Notes: generated by a model not told the origin, from the letters alone. A DNA stretch of 64,000 nucleotides from Octopus vulgaris (GCA_951406725.2 OX597814.1:58900001-58964000); one strand, 5' to 3'; shown: positions 39,311 to 63,145, counted from the stretch's first letter. Made by a program: numbers and translations.

Positions 39311-39584
39311 ATATATGACATAGAGTAATACTGTAAATAAATAAATAAATAAGGGACTAGTCTTAAAATAAAATAAAGAAAATAAAAAAATAATCATTTG
39401 TAGAACATTATAGACAAGGATTAATATAATGTTCACTTATAGACAAGGGGTAATATAATGGTAATATAATGTTGTCTATAATGCTCTACAAATGATTATA
39501 TATATTTTATATTTTCTTATATCTTTATTTTATTTTAAAAATAGTCTCTTATTTATTTATTTACAGTATTACTCTATGTCATAT
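39311..39584. repeat. AT-rich foldback (~107 bp imperfect arms)
   Basis: ATATGACATAGAGTAATACTGTAAATAAAT..CATTTGTAGAACATTATAGACAA vs TTGTCTATAATGCTCTACAAATG..TTTACAGTATTACTCTATGTCATAT. Confidence 0.75.
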
Positions 39585-39589
39585 ATGCA

Positions 39590-40148
39590 ATGCAGAATAG
39601 ACAACACTAACAATAGTGACAAATGCAGAGAACGAAACGCAAAGGAGATAGGCTATCAATCTGGAAAATCCCTCTTCTGATACCCACGGTGTCGAAACCT
39701 TTCCAGAAGAAGTACAGTTTTACATCCCACCATACTTCTCTTCAGCAACCCCGTTACATCCCTCGCAATTCCAAACAGATCTAAGCACTCGATATTCCAC
39801 GAATGTGGAATAATATCATAAGCTTTACGATAGTCAATCTAGGCCATTCCCAATCTTGCATTGCCATTTTGTCTATCAATATTTGATCTTTAGTACCTCT
39901 GCCTCTCCTTCTACAGCCTTTTTGTTCCGGCGGTAATATATCGTTCTCATCAAGAAATTTATATAGTCCATCAGCAATTCCTCTTGACAGTAACTTCTAC
40001 ATTAATGGGAGGCAGAAAATTAGTCTGTAATTGTCAGGAGTCAGGAGCATTTCCCTTTGATGCATCCTTCAAGCACAACATCGTTCGTCCTTTTGTCAAC
40101 CAGCCCGGGATTTCTTCTCCATTGATCCGTGCATGAACTTGCTCTGTG
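39590..40148 (-). mobile_element. R4/Dong-like non-LTR retrotransposon RT fragment
   Basis: [34 protein letters not shown], degenerate GIFQ-DSLSP motif; abuts a (TAA)n array. Confidence 0.8.
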
Positions 40149-40326
<178 letters not shown>

Positions 40327-40532
40327 CGTTTTTTCCTTCTTTCTTCACATTTTCTTCCGTTTCTCGCCGAGTGTTTTCCATACACCTAGGTTTTCCATAC
40401 ACCTGTATGCATTCCCAGATTACACGTGCAAATTCACAGATAAAATATGTATTTAAAAATTAATAAATAAATAAATTCATGGATGGATTATTATTATTAG
40501 TAGTAGTTGTAGTAGTGGTAGTAGTAGTACTT

Positions 40533-40570
<38 letters not shown>

Positions 40571-40573
40571 TGT

Positions 40574-40646
<73 letters not shown>

Positions 40647-40649
40647 TTG

Positions 40650-41860
40650 ACTTTGCACAGCTTCTAACGCTGGAAATGTACAACGGTGTCAGCTATTCAC
40701 TACCAGTTAATTAAGGTAACCCATCTTTTCGAGCAACCTCCGGTGTAATCGAGTGATTTCGAGCAGTGTTGTTTTCTGCAAGCGCTCGACTCTTATTGCA
40801 GCCCCTATTTCTTCCATGTAATTCTCAAGATTTTTACTCTCTTTTCCGAGGGCTCCGACAATTATTGGGACTACTACCACCTTCTTCATCGACCACAACT
40901 GCTTAATCTCACAAGCTAACCTCTCATATGTATCGACTTTTCTTTCTTCATTATCGCATACCTTATTGTCAGCTGGGCATGCTATATATATGACCCAGCA
41001 TAGTTTTGTTTTCTTTCTCAATTAAGACTATGTCTAGCTTGCTATTCTCTATCGCATGGTCGCACTGAAACATAAAATCTCACAGGCTCTTTGCATTATC
41101 ATTTTCGATGATGCCTTCGGGTTGTGGTCGTACATATGTTTTGCTTTGTCAAGTCCATACTTGTTGCAAAATGTCCAATGGACAGGACTTGCTATATTGT
41201 CGTTGCGTCTCTTATATCCCTTCTGGGCTAGTGGCGTACATTGACTGATAATATGCCATACGGTTTCAGCATTTCGTCCACAGATTCTGCACCCATCACT
41301 TTCTGATGTGTTGTATATTCTGTATTTTATGCAGTTTTCTCCTAATGCTTGCTCTTGCGCTTCTGTTTCCAGTTTTAAATCCCTTTTAGTCATCCACAGC
41401 TATCTTTTTTCTGTATGTCGTGTCTTCAACATGCCTATGACATTGTCCATGAATTTTTTTCTTTACCCATCTATTTTCAGTTGCAATCGTTTACAATTGC
41501 TTGTACAGTGCTTTATCTTTGCAACCTTCCATCCTACACAAGCCTGACCTTCCCACTTCTAATAATAGCGGTTCTGTGGCATTTTTTAAGTACAATGCTA
41601 TGTTGTTTTCTTCTGCTCTAATGCTGTGTTCGCATCCAATATTCCTCTTCCCCTCTTTTTCTTGGTACATACAGTCTGTCTCTGTCACTTTTTGGATGGT
41701 GTGTCCCATATCTAGTTAGCAGCTTCCTTTTCTATCTGTCAAAACTGTTTAGTTCGTGTACAGTCAATGCGATTACCCCTGCTCCATATCTAAGGAGTGA
41801 AACTGCCCAGGTGATGATGGCTTGAATCTTATACCGTTCCTTTAATTTCGGCTTAAGGAA
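40650..41860 (-). mobile_element. R4/Dong-like non-LTR retrotransposon 3' part (CCHC knuckle + restriction-like endonuclease)
   Basis: CRICGRNAETVWHIISQC..YKRRNDNIA, KLDIV, IACPAD, VVVVPIIVGALG. Confidence 0.85.
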
Positions 41861-42407
41861 AAATATTATATGTATATATTATATGTATATATACTCTTTT
41901 ACTCTTTTACTTGTTTCAGTCATTTGACTGCGGCGATGCTGGAGCACCGCCTTTAGTAGAGCAAATGGACCCCCTGACTTATTCTTTGTAAGCCCAGTAC
42001 TTATTCTATCGGTCTCTTTTGCCGAACTGCTAAGTGACGGGGACGTAAACACACCAGCATCGGTCGTCAAGCAATGCTAGGGGGACAAACACAGACTCAC
42101 AAACACATACACACACATATATATATATATATATACATATATACGACAGGCTTCTTTCAGTTTCCGTCTACCAAATCCACTCACAAGGCATTGGTCAGCC
42201 CGGTGCTATAGCAGAAGACACTTGCCCAAGATGCCACGCAGTGGGACTGAAACCGTAACCATGTGGTTGGTTAGCAAGCTACTTGCCACACAGCCACTCC
42301 TGTGCCTATATATATATATATGCATATTCATATGTATATATATAAATATACATATATATACATACATATATATATAAATATACACACACACAAACACACA
42401 CACACAT

Positions 42408-42483
<76 letters not shown>

Positions 42484-42879
42484 TCATATATAAGGTTGTG
42501 TCTATAAATCCCCTCATTTTTCATATACAAATTTGGTAAAGTAAAAAATATTATTATGATTGGCCTCTTTTGTTTTGCTTGAAATATGTTGGTCTTTTAT
42601 TTACAGAGTCGAAGAAGCTGCAATAAAAATACTGGCTTAACTAAATTCCGATCATTACTATGAATTTCGTTGGATATTATCAGAATTATCGAGGAAAATA
42701 TTATCGGTAATGTACGCTATAAATTTCATTAAAAATTTGGCATTAAAGTTAATATCTCAAAAGTACAGTCTTTATCTTGGTAAGAAGAAAAATTTGTAAA
42801 TTTTTTTCTTGTATGGAAAACGACAAAAGATGTAAAATTTTGATGACACGTTAATAATACAGCGCAGCATTGACAAAAG

Positions 42880-43420
42880 AAATGGAACTCCTTTTGTAGT
42901 AAATCAGAGCTCTTCTCTCGTAAAACTTAAATGCAAGGATTTAGATATCTATTGGAATCGTTGGTCAAGTGGGCAACTTCGCAACCAAGGATCTTGTCCA
43001 CCTGACCAACGATCTATGACTAAATCCATCATATATGAGGCAGAAGTTACGGGTAACCCGATCTAATAATACAATGGATAATAAAACTTATATTGGATTA
43101 TTAAATGTGAATTTAAAAATCGCTATGCCAATATCATAGCCTCTTTCCAACATAAGGACAAAATTAAAGCTAGTAATTTTGCTAGCTACATATGGACTTC
43201 GAAAGATAGCGAAACGCCGTATGTGGTTAAATAGAACGTATTTGAGAAGTCCATAGCGTTTGTGAATGGATCGAATAAATGTAGAATTTTGGGGGCTGAA
43301 AGAATACAGATCAATTCAGATCTAAGATCCCTAACTCTCCGTTGAACTACAGGTCAGAAATTTTCAGTATTTGCATGCATATGTATAAATATATTTTGAA
43401 GAATTGGAAATTTCCGCCTA
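42880..43420 (+). mobile_element. Penelope-like GIY-YIG fragment
   Basis: CPPDQRSMTKSIIYEAEV..KTYIGL..KNRYAN..SNFASYIW. Confidence 0.7.
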
Positions 43421-45647
43421 TTGCTGCCTGACTTGATATCTTTCCAGACTTATCTAAGGAGGATAGATCTTTTACCATTTCATCTTTTAGTTTTTTACTT
43501 TTTAGTTTTTGTTTTTCGTTTTACGTTTCCCGTTATTTGCTTTCCGTTCTTTACTGTGTGCGTTTTCTATATGCTGCCTTCTCAGTTTTTTTTTGCGTTT
43601 CTTCTATTATTCAATTTCTTTAGTTCATTATGGTATGTGGCTTGCAGCTATGTATACATGCATAGTATTTGTGCGGGTATATGCCTATGCGTATGGCTCT
43701 AAGTATCGTATTATAAGGATGCTAAAATAGTGTAAATATTTATTTTACTCACCGTAAATTTTATTTGATAAAAATCTCAATATTTGGGGAAGCGGAAGGC
43801 GGTAAGCTTGTAGAATCGTTACCATGCCAGACAAAATGGTTTAGATATTATATATGATTTGAAACGCGGGCAGGTATGGCTTTGTCTTTCATCGTTTCCT
43901 GATCAATAAAATAAGTATTAGTTGAGCACTGTGTCGGCGAATGTCGATGTGACTGACCTATCTCCCCACCTGTAATTGCTGTTGCTGCTCCTGTGCCAAA
44001 ATTTGAATCCAACATATTTTGTACAGACGATAGAACATAGGAGAACTCGGAGTCAACATTTGATTTTAAAAAAATACAGTGAAACTCCCTCTCTCTCACT
44101 CGCACACACACGCACACACACACACACAAACACACAGACACACAAACAAATCCACATACACGCACACGCTCTCACACATATATATACGTCTCACACAAAT
44201 ATGTCTTTCACGCATATGTCCAAGTGTATCTAAATGTGTGTGTGGTTGGGCTTGTAAGCATGTATGTGTATGTGTGTGCATGCGCGCGTGCGTATGTGTG
44301 TATGTGCGAGCGTGTGTTTGAGGAAGATATATGGATATGCAAGTATCAATGAATATTCCAATACAGTTTGCAAAACGTAATCTCATAAATTCACTGAGTC
44401 TCTTTTAACAGAGTTGCACATCTGCCATGATTTAAGAAAATAATACAGATATTTTCTCGATTTAATCTGCATAAAAATTAATATTACTTTGATATAAGGA
44501 AATAATGTTTGTTTCTTGCAGAAAATATTTCCTTCAGATATAAGATATACTGTATGTGGTTGTGAACAATTACATATAATTGAATTACTATCTGACCGTA
44601 TAAACATACAAAGTGTTTCTGAATATTTGCTTAAGATCAAAAGATATGTCCACTTCTGTAACTCATACGATTATCTGGGTTGTCTTAACATTCGTACTAC
44701 ATCCAAGCCGATTACTGAACCTAATCTTAGAGAAATTCTACGTGCAACAAAATAACTCTTAGTCCAAATAATACTTCGTGTTGGAATTTATAATTTTATT
44801 TGCCATATTGATTCTGGAATTTTACTTGCAGAGAAAATATACGATATCCTACATAAAAGAAAGCTTAATCACTCATCCTGATTCAGATTCAAAAAATTAT
44901 ATAAATTTCAGTCTATAAACCACTTGTTGGCTGGAGTGGGGCCCTAGCTGTATTTTCAGGTTAATTATTATGCCTAATCTAGGATTGACTCATGCACACC
45001 CAGGAATACACGCCAGGATTGTTGAATTACCTGTATGAAAGCTTGCAAATGTTATTGAAATTTGAAAACCTTAATATTCATTTGAATTCTGAGCATTCTA
45101 ATTGCAAATCCATCGTATGGCAAATTGTAAGGGTAAGATACATGAGCAATATAGAAACTTTGGTCAAAGGATAATGCAAAAAGGTTTAACTGTTTCTTCT
45201 TCTTCATCTAATTATTAATATCATTATCATTATTGCTCAGGAGGCGAGCTGGCAAAGAAAGTGCTAGGGGCATTTCATCTGCCACTAAGTTCTGAGTTTG
45301 AATTCCGCTTTTCTCCATTTCGGAGACGATAAATTAAGTTCCAGTGAAACCATGAGTAATCGACATATCCGCTTCCCCAAAATGGCTGCCCTTCTGAAAA
45401 AATGTGAAATTGTTGTTGTTGTTATTATGATTATTATTGTTGTTGTTGTTGATGTTGTTAAGACGGTGATCTGGCAGAACCGTTAGCCCGTCTGACGAAA
45501 TATTTAGCGGCATTTTGTCCGTCTACGCTTTAAGATCCAAATCCACGAAGTTTGACTTTACCTTTTACACCATGTGTTTGGAACGACAAAATAAATAACA
45601 GCCAAGTATTCCCCTCAAAACTGCTGGTTCTGTGTCAAAATCTGAAA

Positions 45648-45881
45648 CTCTTCCTCTTCTTCTTCTCCTTCTTCTTCTTTTTCTTCTTCTTCTTCTTCTT
45701 TTTCTTCTTCTTCTTCTTCTTCTTCTTCTTCTTTTTCTTCTTCTTTTTCTTCTTCTTCTCCTTCTGCTCCTCCGTTTCCTCCACCTCCTCCTCCTCCTCC
45801 TCCTCCTCCTCCTCCTCCTTCTCCTCCTCCTTCTTCTTCTTCTTCTTCTTCTTCTGCTCCTCCTCCTCCTCCTTCTTCTTC
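45648..45881. repeat. (CTT)n/(CCT)n polypyrimidine microsatellite
   Basis: Direct reading. Confidence 0.95.
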
Positions 45882-45919
45882 ACTATGTTATTCAGCTGCG
45901 TATTATTATTGCTATTGTT

Positions 45920-47130
45920 GCTCTTCTTGTTTCAGTTGGTCGGTTGGCCCTCAACAATCTTGGAAAGAATTTGGGTCCGTAGCTTAGCTGTTGTTTCGCC
46001 ACTTGCGTGAGGAAACCAGCAAGGTCTGTAACGAGGATATCTTTAGCAGCAGCAGTGGCTGTCGTAGGTATCGATGTGGTGGGGCCCTATGGGTGGTAAT
46101 AGTAGGGCACATGGAACTTTATGCGCCCTGTTACTGATTAAGCTAGAACGCACATCACTCAATAAGTGCCGCTGATGCACTTTCTTCTCCAGGCACGTTG
46201 AAGATATCCTTATCATCGCGTCCTGAAGGGATGAAGCCATTGACATATACCGGACCTTCAATAATACCGACATGAACATAAAATTGGAGATTGAACATCC
46301 AGCCGAATCCGGAACCCTCACTCTACTCAACTTCCAACTCAAGATGATAGAGGAAGGCTCCATACTTAGCAAATTCTATAGAATAGCCGCTAATAGAAAA
46401 CTTTTCGTCCACTACCAATCGGCCTTACCCACCAGAGGCAAAGCCGCATACGTGAGAAACGAGATTGCACGTATAAACATCAATTGCAGCAACGTGACCG
46501 ACAAAGTCGTCAACACCAAACAGTTCTTCAGAGATATAACCCTAATGGCTACCCACCGTCTGAAGAACATCAAGGTCAATAATCCCCGAAAGAACCATCA
46601 TACCCCCAAGTCCGGCGCATGCTTCCTAAAGCTACCACACTTTGACGACAGAACTACTGCAGCAATACATGACGAAGGCCGCAAGGAAGGACTCTTCATA
46701 CAGATAGTGCAAACCGGTCCTTCCTCGAGAAAAACTCAGTCCAAGAACAACACCTCTCACTACTCCGAGGAGTACACATTGTCGAACTGACCCATCAATG
46801 ACCCCAGAGTACTTGTGTTGTATATGAGATCATCTGTAGCAAATGTGGCGCATGATACATCGGAAGCACGACAAGAAAACTGCATATACGCATTAAGGAA
46901 CATATGCAGGCGGACACTTCCGTGAAGAAACATCTACGGAAAATCCAGACCCGGGAATTCACAGTGCAACACAGAGGAATAGAGGCAACCTTAGAAAAAT
47001 CTGAGGTCATCCTCATACACCAAAAGAAACCTATTATCAACAATAGAAGAGAGTTACAGGCAGATACCTGCTTGCTGTAGCAACACCCTTCTGCGCACGT
47101 CCACTCTACACACGCTCACACACACGCACA
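45920..47130 (+). mobile_element. Penelope-like element fragment (RT C-terminus + GIY-YIG)
   Basis: RHVEDILII (degenerate YVDD), NIKLEIEHP..TLTLLN, FVHYQSALP, VVYEIICSKCGA*YIGSTTRKLHIRIKEH. Confidence 0.85.
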
Positions 47131-47229
47131 TCGGAAACATTCGTCCATATCTTGAAAAGAGATCATAACCCCGAACTATTGAATACAAGATAAGTCTCCA
47201 TTAATTCACATTTTACTTTTCTTGTGATT

Positions 47230-49370
<2,141 letters not shown>

Positions 49371-49399
49371 GATATGGCATGATTTGGCCAGTTAAAGAA

Positions 49400-50550
49400 A
49401 TTCATAAATTATCTGGGATTTAAAATTGTAATATTAAGGATTGGTAAGGAAAAATAGAATTTAGATGATAGCGCTGAAATTATAGTAATAATGACTATAA
49501 CTTCAACGCTATTGTGTTATATATTGGTTATAATAATATTCTGTGTTAATATAGATTGTGAAAAAAATTAAGGTTAAACATAGCACAGCTAATTATAGTG
49601 AAGTTTCACAGCTTAAAGTAAATAACACATAAATATTCTTCTGAGGATTATCAGAGCGATAAAATATCGCGTTTCTATAAAGCCGTGTTTCATTAATGAA
49701 TCATATTGAATGCGAAAATTGGCCTACATCCATATCTAAGTTTCGGTAATTTTACTGCATAATCATGTCTATATTGTGACAAATAAACATCTCGGAAATT
49801 AAGTAAACTGTAGCAAAACTTTGCTATTAAAGTAGAAGAAATGATCTTGTAGGAGATCACAGATTCATATTCGTTAGTATTAATATTATGAGAGATGTTA
49901 AAGCGGCGAGGTAGCACAAACGTTAGCACGCCGGGAAAAATGCTAAGCCGCATTTCTTTCATCTTTACGTTCGGAGTTCAAATTCCGCCGAGGCTGATAT
50001 CTCTTATCATGATTTCTGGGACGATAAAATGTGTACCAGATGAGCACTAGGGTCGACTTATCCTCTTCCTGTAAATTGCTGACCTTTTGCCAAAATATGA
50101 AATAGATATTATGAGAGGCATTTGTATATATAAGAATGGAAGAAACATATTCGTTTTAAGGCGATGGAACTAATAGAAGATTATGCAGTTAAGGTACTCA
50201 GAGATGTGGAATATTTTTTACAAAATATTCTTTAATACATTGTTCCAGTAATATTGAGAAGATCTGTTCAAACCAATAAGGTTAGCAACAATGACTCCGT
50301 AAAGAATTATTGGAAGCTGTATAGCAGAATGAAAATATAATTTATAGAGTTGACTCCAACGCATGTATGCTGTAATATTAAGATGAGAAATGCCAACCAA
50401 TATATTCAAGAGCAATATCATGTATAATCTGATGTATGTAAACGAAATTTAGAGTCAACTATTTACAGCCAACGATGCAACTATATAGTGGATTATACAA
50501 CGGACAAGCCTTATAAATATCCAGTATCGAATTGTGAAATTTTGTTATAA
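49400..50550 (-). pseudogene. iGluR-like amino-terminal domain (ATD) of unit 2
   Basis: FHSAIQLPIILYGVIVANLIG..KNIPHL (cf. F..C..GV.AIFG..IPH), KLRYGCRPIFAFNMIH (cf. F.YGG.NITGFRI), TLSCET; SINE inserted at 49,903-50,100. Confidence 0.55.
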
Positions 50551-50559
50551 TGAAATTAA

Positions 50560-53500
50560 CTCTATATGTTGCAGAAAGAAAATTATTGTTCATTACAGAA
50601 ATGTTTAGTTCCATATCAGAAATCCAGGAGTGAATATAGCAAAATTCATTTAAATAAGTTAACATGCAGGTATGTAGACCTATAGAGGTAGATTCACAAG
50701 TAGACGTTGACTACACACACACACAAAGTTCAGAAGCTTAATACCGCACCTGTTTACATATTTTAATTTGGCATACTGCTTAATCCCACTTTTGATATGT
50801 ACTGCTATAATTTCAGCCAAATTTCTGATGGCTGAATTCGAAAATTTTACTCTATGGCAATTAAATAATTTCCCATAATTGGTTGACGGGGAAAATATTT
50901 ATCCAGTGTAGCAAATAACTTCACAGGTATATTAGTGGTGATGCAATATGAAAATGGTGTGTATATATAAATATGTATAGACATACAGTTTGAATATACA
51001 ATTCGGGCGGATGGTATGCTGCATAAAATTGTAAAATAAAAGGAAATAAATTATGAGGATGAACAAGTCTCCATGTTCCATATCATACTATACTGGGCAT
51101 ATTGTCCGTCCGTCTGTACTGACATCATGTACAAACTGTTGGGCCGATCGGCATGAAACTTCGTAGGGGTGTTCGGGGTGTCTCTAACGTGGTTTATATA
51201 TAGGCTTAGTCCCTTCCCCACTCCCTATTTTTAGAGAAATTCCATCGATTGAGGTAACTTTAGCAGTCAGAGATAACTTTGGTAGAAGAGATAGGGTGAC
51301 CTATACCCTCTTAAAGGGACATGCTTAGCCTCCTCTTTCGGTTCCTGCAGCTGTACCTATCCTTGTCCCACCACCATCCTCTACTTGAGGAATACCATCA
51401 ATTGAAGCAAATTTGGCACCCCGAGGTATGTTTCGTTTGAGGAATAGAGAGGCCTACTTTCTCCCTCAGAGATTAGTCCGACCTACTCTTCCTCCCATCA
51501 AAATGAAATTGTATGGATTCTTCATACACCAACGGCATCCTACAGTTGAGAAGCTTCCCTGTCATTTGCCTCGCGAACACTATTTGACGATGATTCTGTG
51601 AACCAGGCTGTGCAAAAAGGACCACCGAGTACAAAATTGATGGCTTTCTTTGATACCAATAGACAAGATGAACAGATTTGACAGATAATATACCAAGACT
51701 TTCCGAAGTTCTACACATAGAACAGTAAAAACAAGTCTTGGCAAAGGAGGAGGCAAGAGAGATGATGCAGGAGATGTGAAAACTTATACCATTGGACGAA
51801 TTCCAACCACTTCACTGAGCGCACACAAGTCTGAACTCTTTCATCTCCGAATATTACTCCACAATGTGACAGGTGCAACTAACTTTAATGACTGGCTCGT
51901 ATCCGATGATCGAGAAATACACCGTGCAATTGAAGAAGCTGCAAGTATTCGTTTTGGTGATTCACTTAGAGAGTTTTTGTAGGCCGCCTGATCCTCGATT
52001 CTTTTGGGAAGAGTGGAAACTTGAACGAGTACGTGATCTCAGGCATCAGAATAATGTCAAGCAGCTTAATCCTCGCATTGAAAATGAAGTATCCATTCCT
52101 CTGTAAGAGCGTCTTCAGAGAGATGAGCTTCATCTGGTGAAAAATTCCCAGCTACCAAAGCCTGATTATGACATGTCATGCGATCCGATATCAAAAATTA
52201 TTTCCGAAGAAATTGACTACGATACAGATAGTCTGAGAAGATTGTCTGCAGAGGTGAACGATACGTTGAACATAGAGCAGAAACATGTGTATAATGCGGT
52301 AGTAAATACGGTTATCACTAAAAACACTGAAAACAAGATTTTTGCCCTGAGTGCAAGTGGTGGAACTAGAAATATATATCTCATGAATGCGATTGTAGAT
52401 TTTCTACGATCGGAGAAAAAATCGTATCTGCAACTGCTCTTTCAGGAATTGCAGCTACCCTGCTACACAATGATCGAACCCTCTACTCTCGCTGCAAAAT
52501 TCCTATCAACATCACGCCAGATGACTGACTTGTTGATAGTCGATGAAGTCAGCCAAGGTGACAAACTTCTATTTGAATGCTTGGACCGTTCCTTTCGCAA
52601 AATCAGGTGGTGTATATATCTGTTTGGAGGAATGTGCGTTCTGTGTGTTGGTGACTGGAAGCAAATTCTTCCAGTTGTCAAGCGTGGAATTCGACCTCAG
52701 ATTGTCAACGCAAATTTGAAGACATCATACATCTGGAAGACTGTTACAGAATTGAAACTATCAATAACATGTGAGTTCGCAATTCCTCTGATGCAACGTT
52801 CGATTCCTATCTAAGCGACCTCGGTTCTGGAAACTGTATGAATATATTGAACCTCATAAGAATACAATTCAAATCCGGCCTGAGTTTGTCCAAGAAGCTT
52901 CTATTTCTGAAATATACAAATTTGTCTTTGATGATTTAGGCGAAGAACGTATGAATCTGTCATGGTTATGTTCACCAGCTGTTATTGCTTTAAGCAATGA
53001 TGTTGTCAACAACGTAAATGAATTTTAATCAAGAGCTTTCCAGGAAAAAGTCCCGAATATCTAAGTTCAGACACTGTACACGATGAAAATTGCCATCAAT
53101 ATCCGCAAGATTTCCTGAACAACTTAAATCTATCAGGACTAACAGTACACAAAATAACTTTGAAGAAGGGTTATCCGATTATGCTGCTTCGAAATTTTGA
53201 CCCAGCTAATGGACGTTGCAACGGAACAAGATACACAGTGACGGAACGTAACTCTTACGTCATCGAAGCAGTGAGAGCAACTGGTCCTCACACTGGCAAA
53301 CGTATGTTTATAACTCGAATACATCTGATGCATTCAGATAATCAGTTTCCTTTTCAATTACGACGCAGGCAGTTTCCTATCAAATTAGCCTTCTCCTTTA
53401 CGACCAACATGTCTCAGGGCCAGTCTTTGGATCGCGTCGGTGTGTTTCTGCCCTTTCTCATGTTCACGCACTTGGACAAATTGGGGACAAACGGAGAATA

Positions 53501-53732
53501 TTGTTTACAAAGAGGTTTTGTAAAGATAGCACCATGAATGTGTTATGTAAATGTTTACATATATATTTTTCAATAAGGTTCACTATATAGTTTGGCACTA
53601 TCAACTATAATGAGTACGTTGCAAATAAGTACGTTGCAACATAAGTACGTTGCAACATAAGCTGTCTCAATTTCCACCTTGCTCTTACCACCCATCGTAG
53701 ATGGGTAAGTTTGCTAGCCGTTATAATTATTA

Positions 53733-53769
<37 letters not shown>

Positions 53770-54300
53770 GTAGTTTTTTTAGTAATTTTGATTTAATAGA
53801 ATGCTGATGGTATTTTTGAGGAATTGTTTCATACCTGAAATTCTTCCAGTTAATTTATAGAATAAATTTTTGTTCAATCCACGCATCTGTGAGTGGGATT
53901 TAATGGTGGCAGCGAGATGAAAAGAAAAATATTGCAGTTTTATATGTGCAAATGTGGTGTGTTCTTGTGTTGAGTAGAAAGTCATGTAAAACTTCACTTT
54001 TTTACTTACCCTGGTAACAGATATCGACATCTTTATCTGTTTTCTTTTTATTAACATGATGATTCTATAATGCTATTTGCATCAATTAATATTCGAAAAG
54101 ATGTTCTGTTTATTCAAGTTACGCTGTAGGTGACGAGGAGTGTTAATAGAACAAATTCCAAGTATTTTAAATAGCTTGAAACTAATCTTTCAGAATTCCT
54201 TACTTACGGCATACTCTTTAATGATTTTTCTGGATTTTTCTGATTTCATTTTTGTTCACAAGTGAAAACTTATCCTTATATTCTAACTTAATATTTTACT
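50560..54300 (-). pseudogene. iGluR-like module 2, split by a Helitron
   Basis: ILGICS..LQRNLN (S1a), ISVTRVSKKVKFYMTFY (cf. ITLVREEVIDFSKPF; ORF 53779..54057). After the Helitron: VICYTG*IFSPST (M3) and NYGKLFNCHRVKFSNSAI..SGIKQ..YVNRC (S2). Confidence 0.6.
51083..53717 (+). mobile_element. Helitron (internally deleted, frameshifted Rep-helicase; PIF1 helicase motifs)
   Basis: A|TC 5' end; LRILLHNVTG, LSASGGT (degenerate Walker A), LLIVDEVS, GDWKQILPVV, PIMLLRN..CNGTR, RRQFPIKLAFSFTTNMSQGQS; 3' hairpin CCCATC..GATGGG then CTAG. Confidence 0.9.
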
Positions 54301-54432
54301 ATCTCCTATCCACTGTCGTAATGTTTCTTCCTTATTTCATACAACTTCATGAATGAACAATAGGGTTTATTCTGATAATGCAACATTGTAATTTTGTTGC
54401 ATGTAAAAAATTAAAAATTTGGAACAAAATAT

Positions 54433-55499
54433 TCAGACTATGTACATTTCTTCAATTTCCACAAGCTCAGTTTTACTTTCTACATAAATGCTAAATCCCA
54501 TTGCATTGCAAATGTTGCAAATGAAGCAAAGCTTTATCTGTACATTTTTCCAGCTCGTGACACCATAGCTGAAGGGTTTATAACCTCTGTTAGATAGACA
54601 CGTTCGGTCGTTGTTATTTAAACATATAAAGTTTTTAATCACCTCTGTTTCTCGAATATACTTTAGGCAATTTTCAAGTCTTTTACAGAACGCTTTCTTG
54701 GAAAATACAAACCACTTGATATGGCGTTTTGCACAGAACTCACGGAAACCGCCAAAAAGGATTTCGTATTTTTCGACGAGTGTCTAGTCAATAAATTCAA
54801 TACATTAATGTGTTTATTGCCATTTATTATTCAGTTCTCGTGCCGTTCCACTATTAGATCATGGCGTAAACAAATCTACAAATGTTGTAAAGTAGCCACA
54901 GAAAGAAACGCTGTGGAGAAGGCCCTTGCTCAAGGTGATACGAAGTGGGATAGGGCATAGGAACACATGGTTGCAAAGCAAATATATTAAACTCATGATA
55001 CCCTGCATGTCTCGATATTATGGCTTACTACACACAAATATGATTATAAATATGACTATCATATGTGTATTTATATAATCATTGATATCGAATTATTTAT
55101 AAGTCCAGTATAGTTGTGTATTAGAAGAACTCAGGATAGTTGTGTATTAGAACTGTATAAAATACAGGATAGTTGTCTATTTGAAGAACTGTATAAAATA
55201 CCAAATAGAACCCGTCGTAATGATTCCAGGACTCTGAGAACCTCATATGTGTCGTTTCATAGCGAATTGCAAAATTAAATAGGCTGAGTCTATCTAGTAT
55301 TAAATATATGATTCTGGCTTGTGTCAGAAAAGAAGATTAGGGTGTGAGATCGGTAGTTACATAAATATATTTTCCTTTGATTCAGCGCATTTCATGATAC
55401 TTTATTTTATTTTGTACCGTCTCCAGTTTTCTTCCAATTGTCTTATCCTTTTATGCTATAAACATTTTGGTATTTGTGTACTGGAAACATCATAGTATT
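54433..55499 (-). pseudogene. iGluR-like module 1 (end of ATD, S1, M1, end of M3, S2); duplicate at ~62,028-63,093
   Basis: KGKYIYVTTDLTP (S1 start), LDRLSLFNFAIRYE..SWN (cf. LL..LNF.Y..WNG), hydrophobic MIVIFIIIFVC (M1), TAFLSV (cf. AAFLTV, M3 end, 54,914-54,897), CLSNRGYKPFSYGV (S2, ORF 54433..54642). Confidence 0.6.
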
Positions 55500-55551
55500 T
55501 ACGAGGGTGGGCTGAAGGTGCATATTCTGTCTATGAAGATGTGAACGAGTG

Positions 55552-55651
55552 NNNNNNNNNNNNNNNNNNNNNNNNNNNNNNNNNNNNNNNNNNNNNNNNN
55601 NNNNNNNNNNNNNNNNNNNNNNNNNNNNNNNNNNNNNNNNNNNNNNNNNNN
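55552..55651. other. Assembly gap (100 N)
   Basis: Run of N. Confidence 1.

Positions 55652-63145
<7,494 letters not shown>

Larger units (their letters stand above)
44010..47200 (-). pseudogene. iGluR-like module 4 (best preserved; 45,120-44,383 reads in one frame), interrupted by Penelope and SINE insertions
   Basis: PYDGFAIRMLRIQMNIKVFKF, SWRVFLG, NLYNFLNLNQDE*LSFLL (pre-M1/M1), RLGSVIG..QPR*S (M2), WTYLLILSKYSETLCMFI (M3), TVYLISEG..PYIKVILIFM (S2), FHCIFLKSNVDSEFS (S2 end). Confidence 0.75.

Noticed and set aside
52137-53537. Cellular PIF1 helicase gene
   Set aside because: Frameshifted, degenerate Walker A, intronless, and bounded by Helitron TC and hairpin-CTAG termini.
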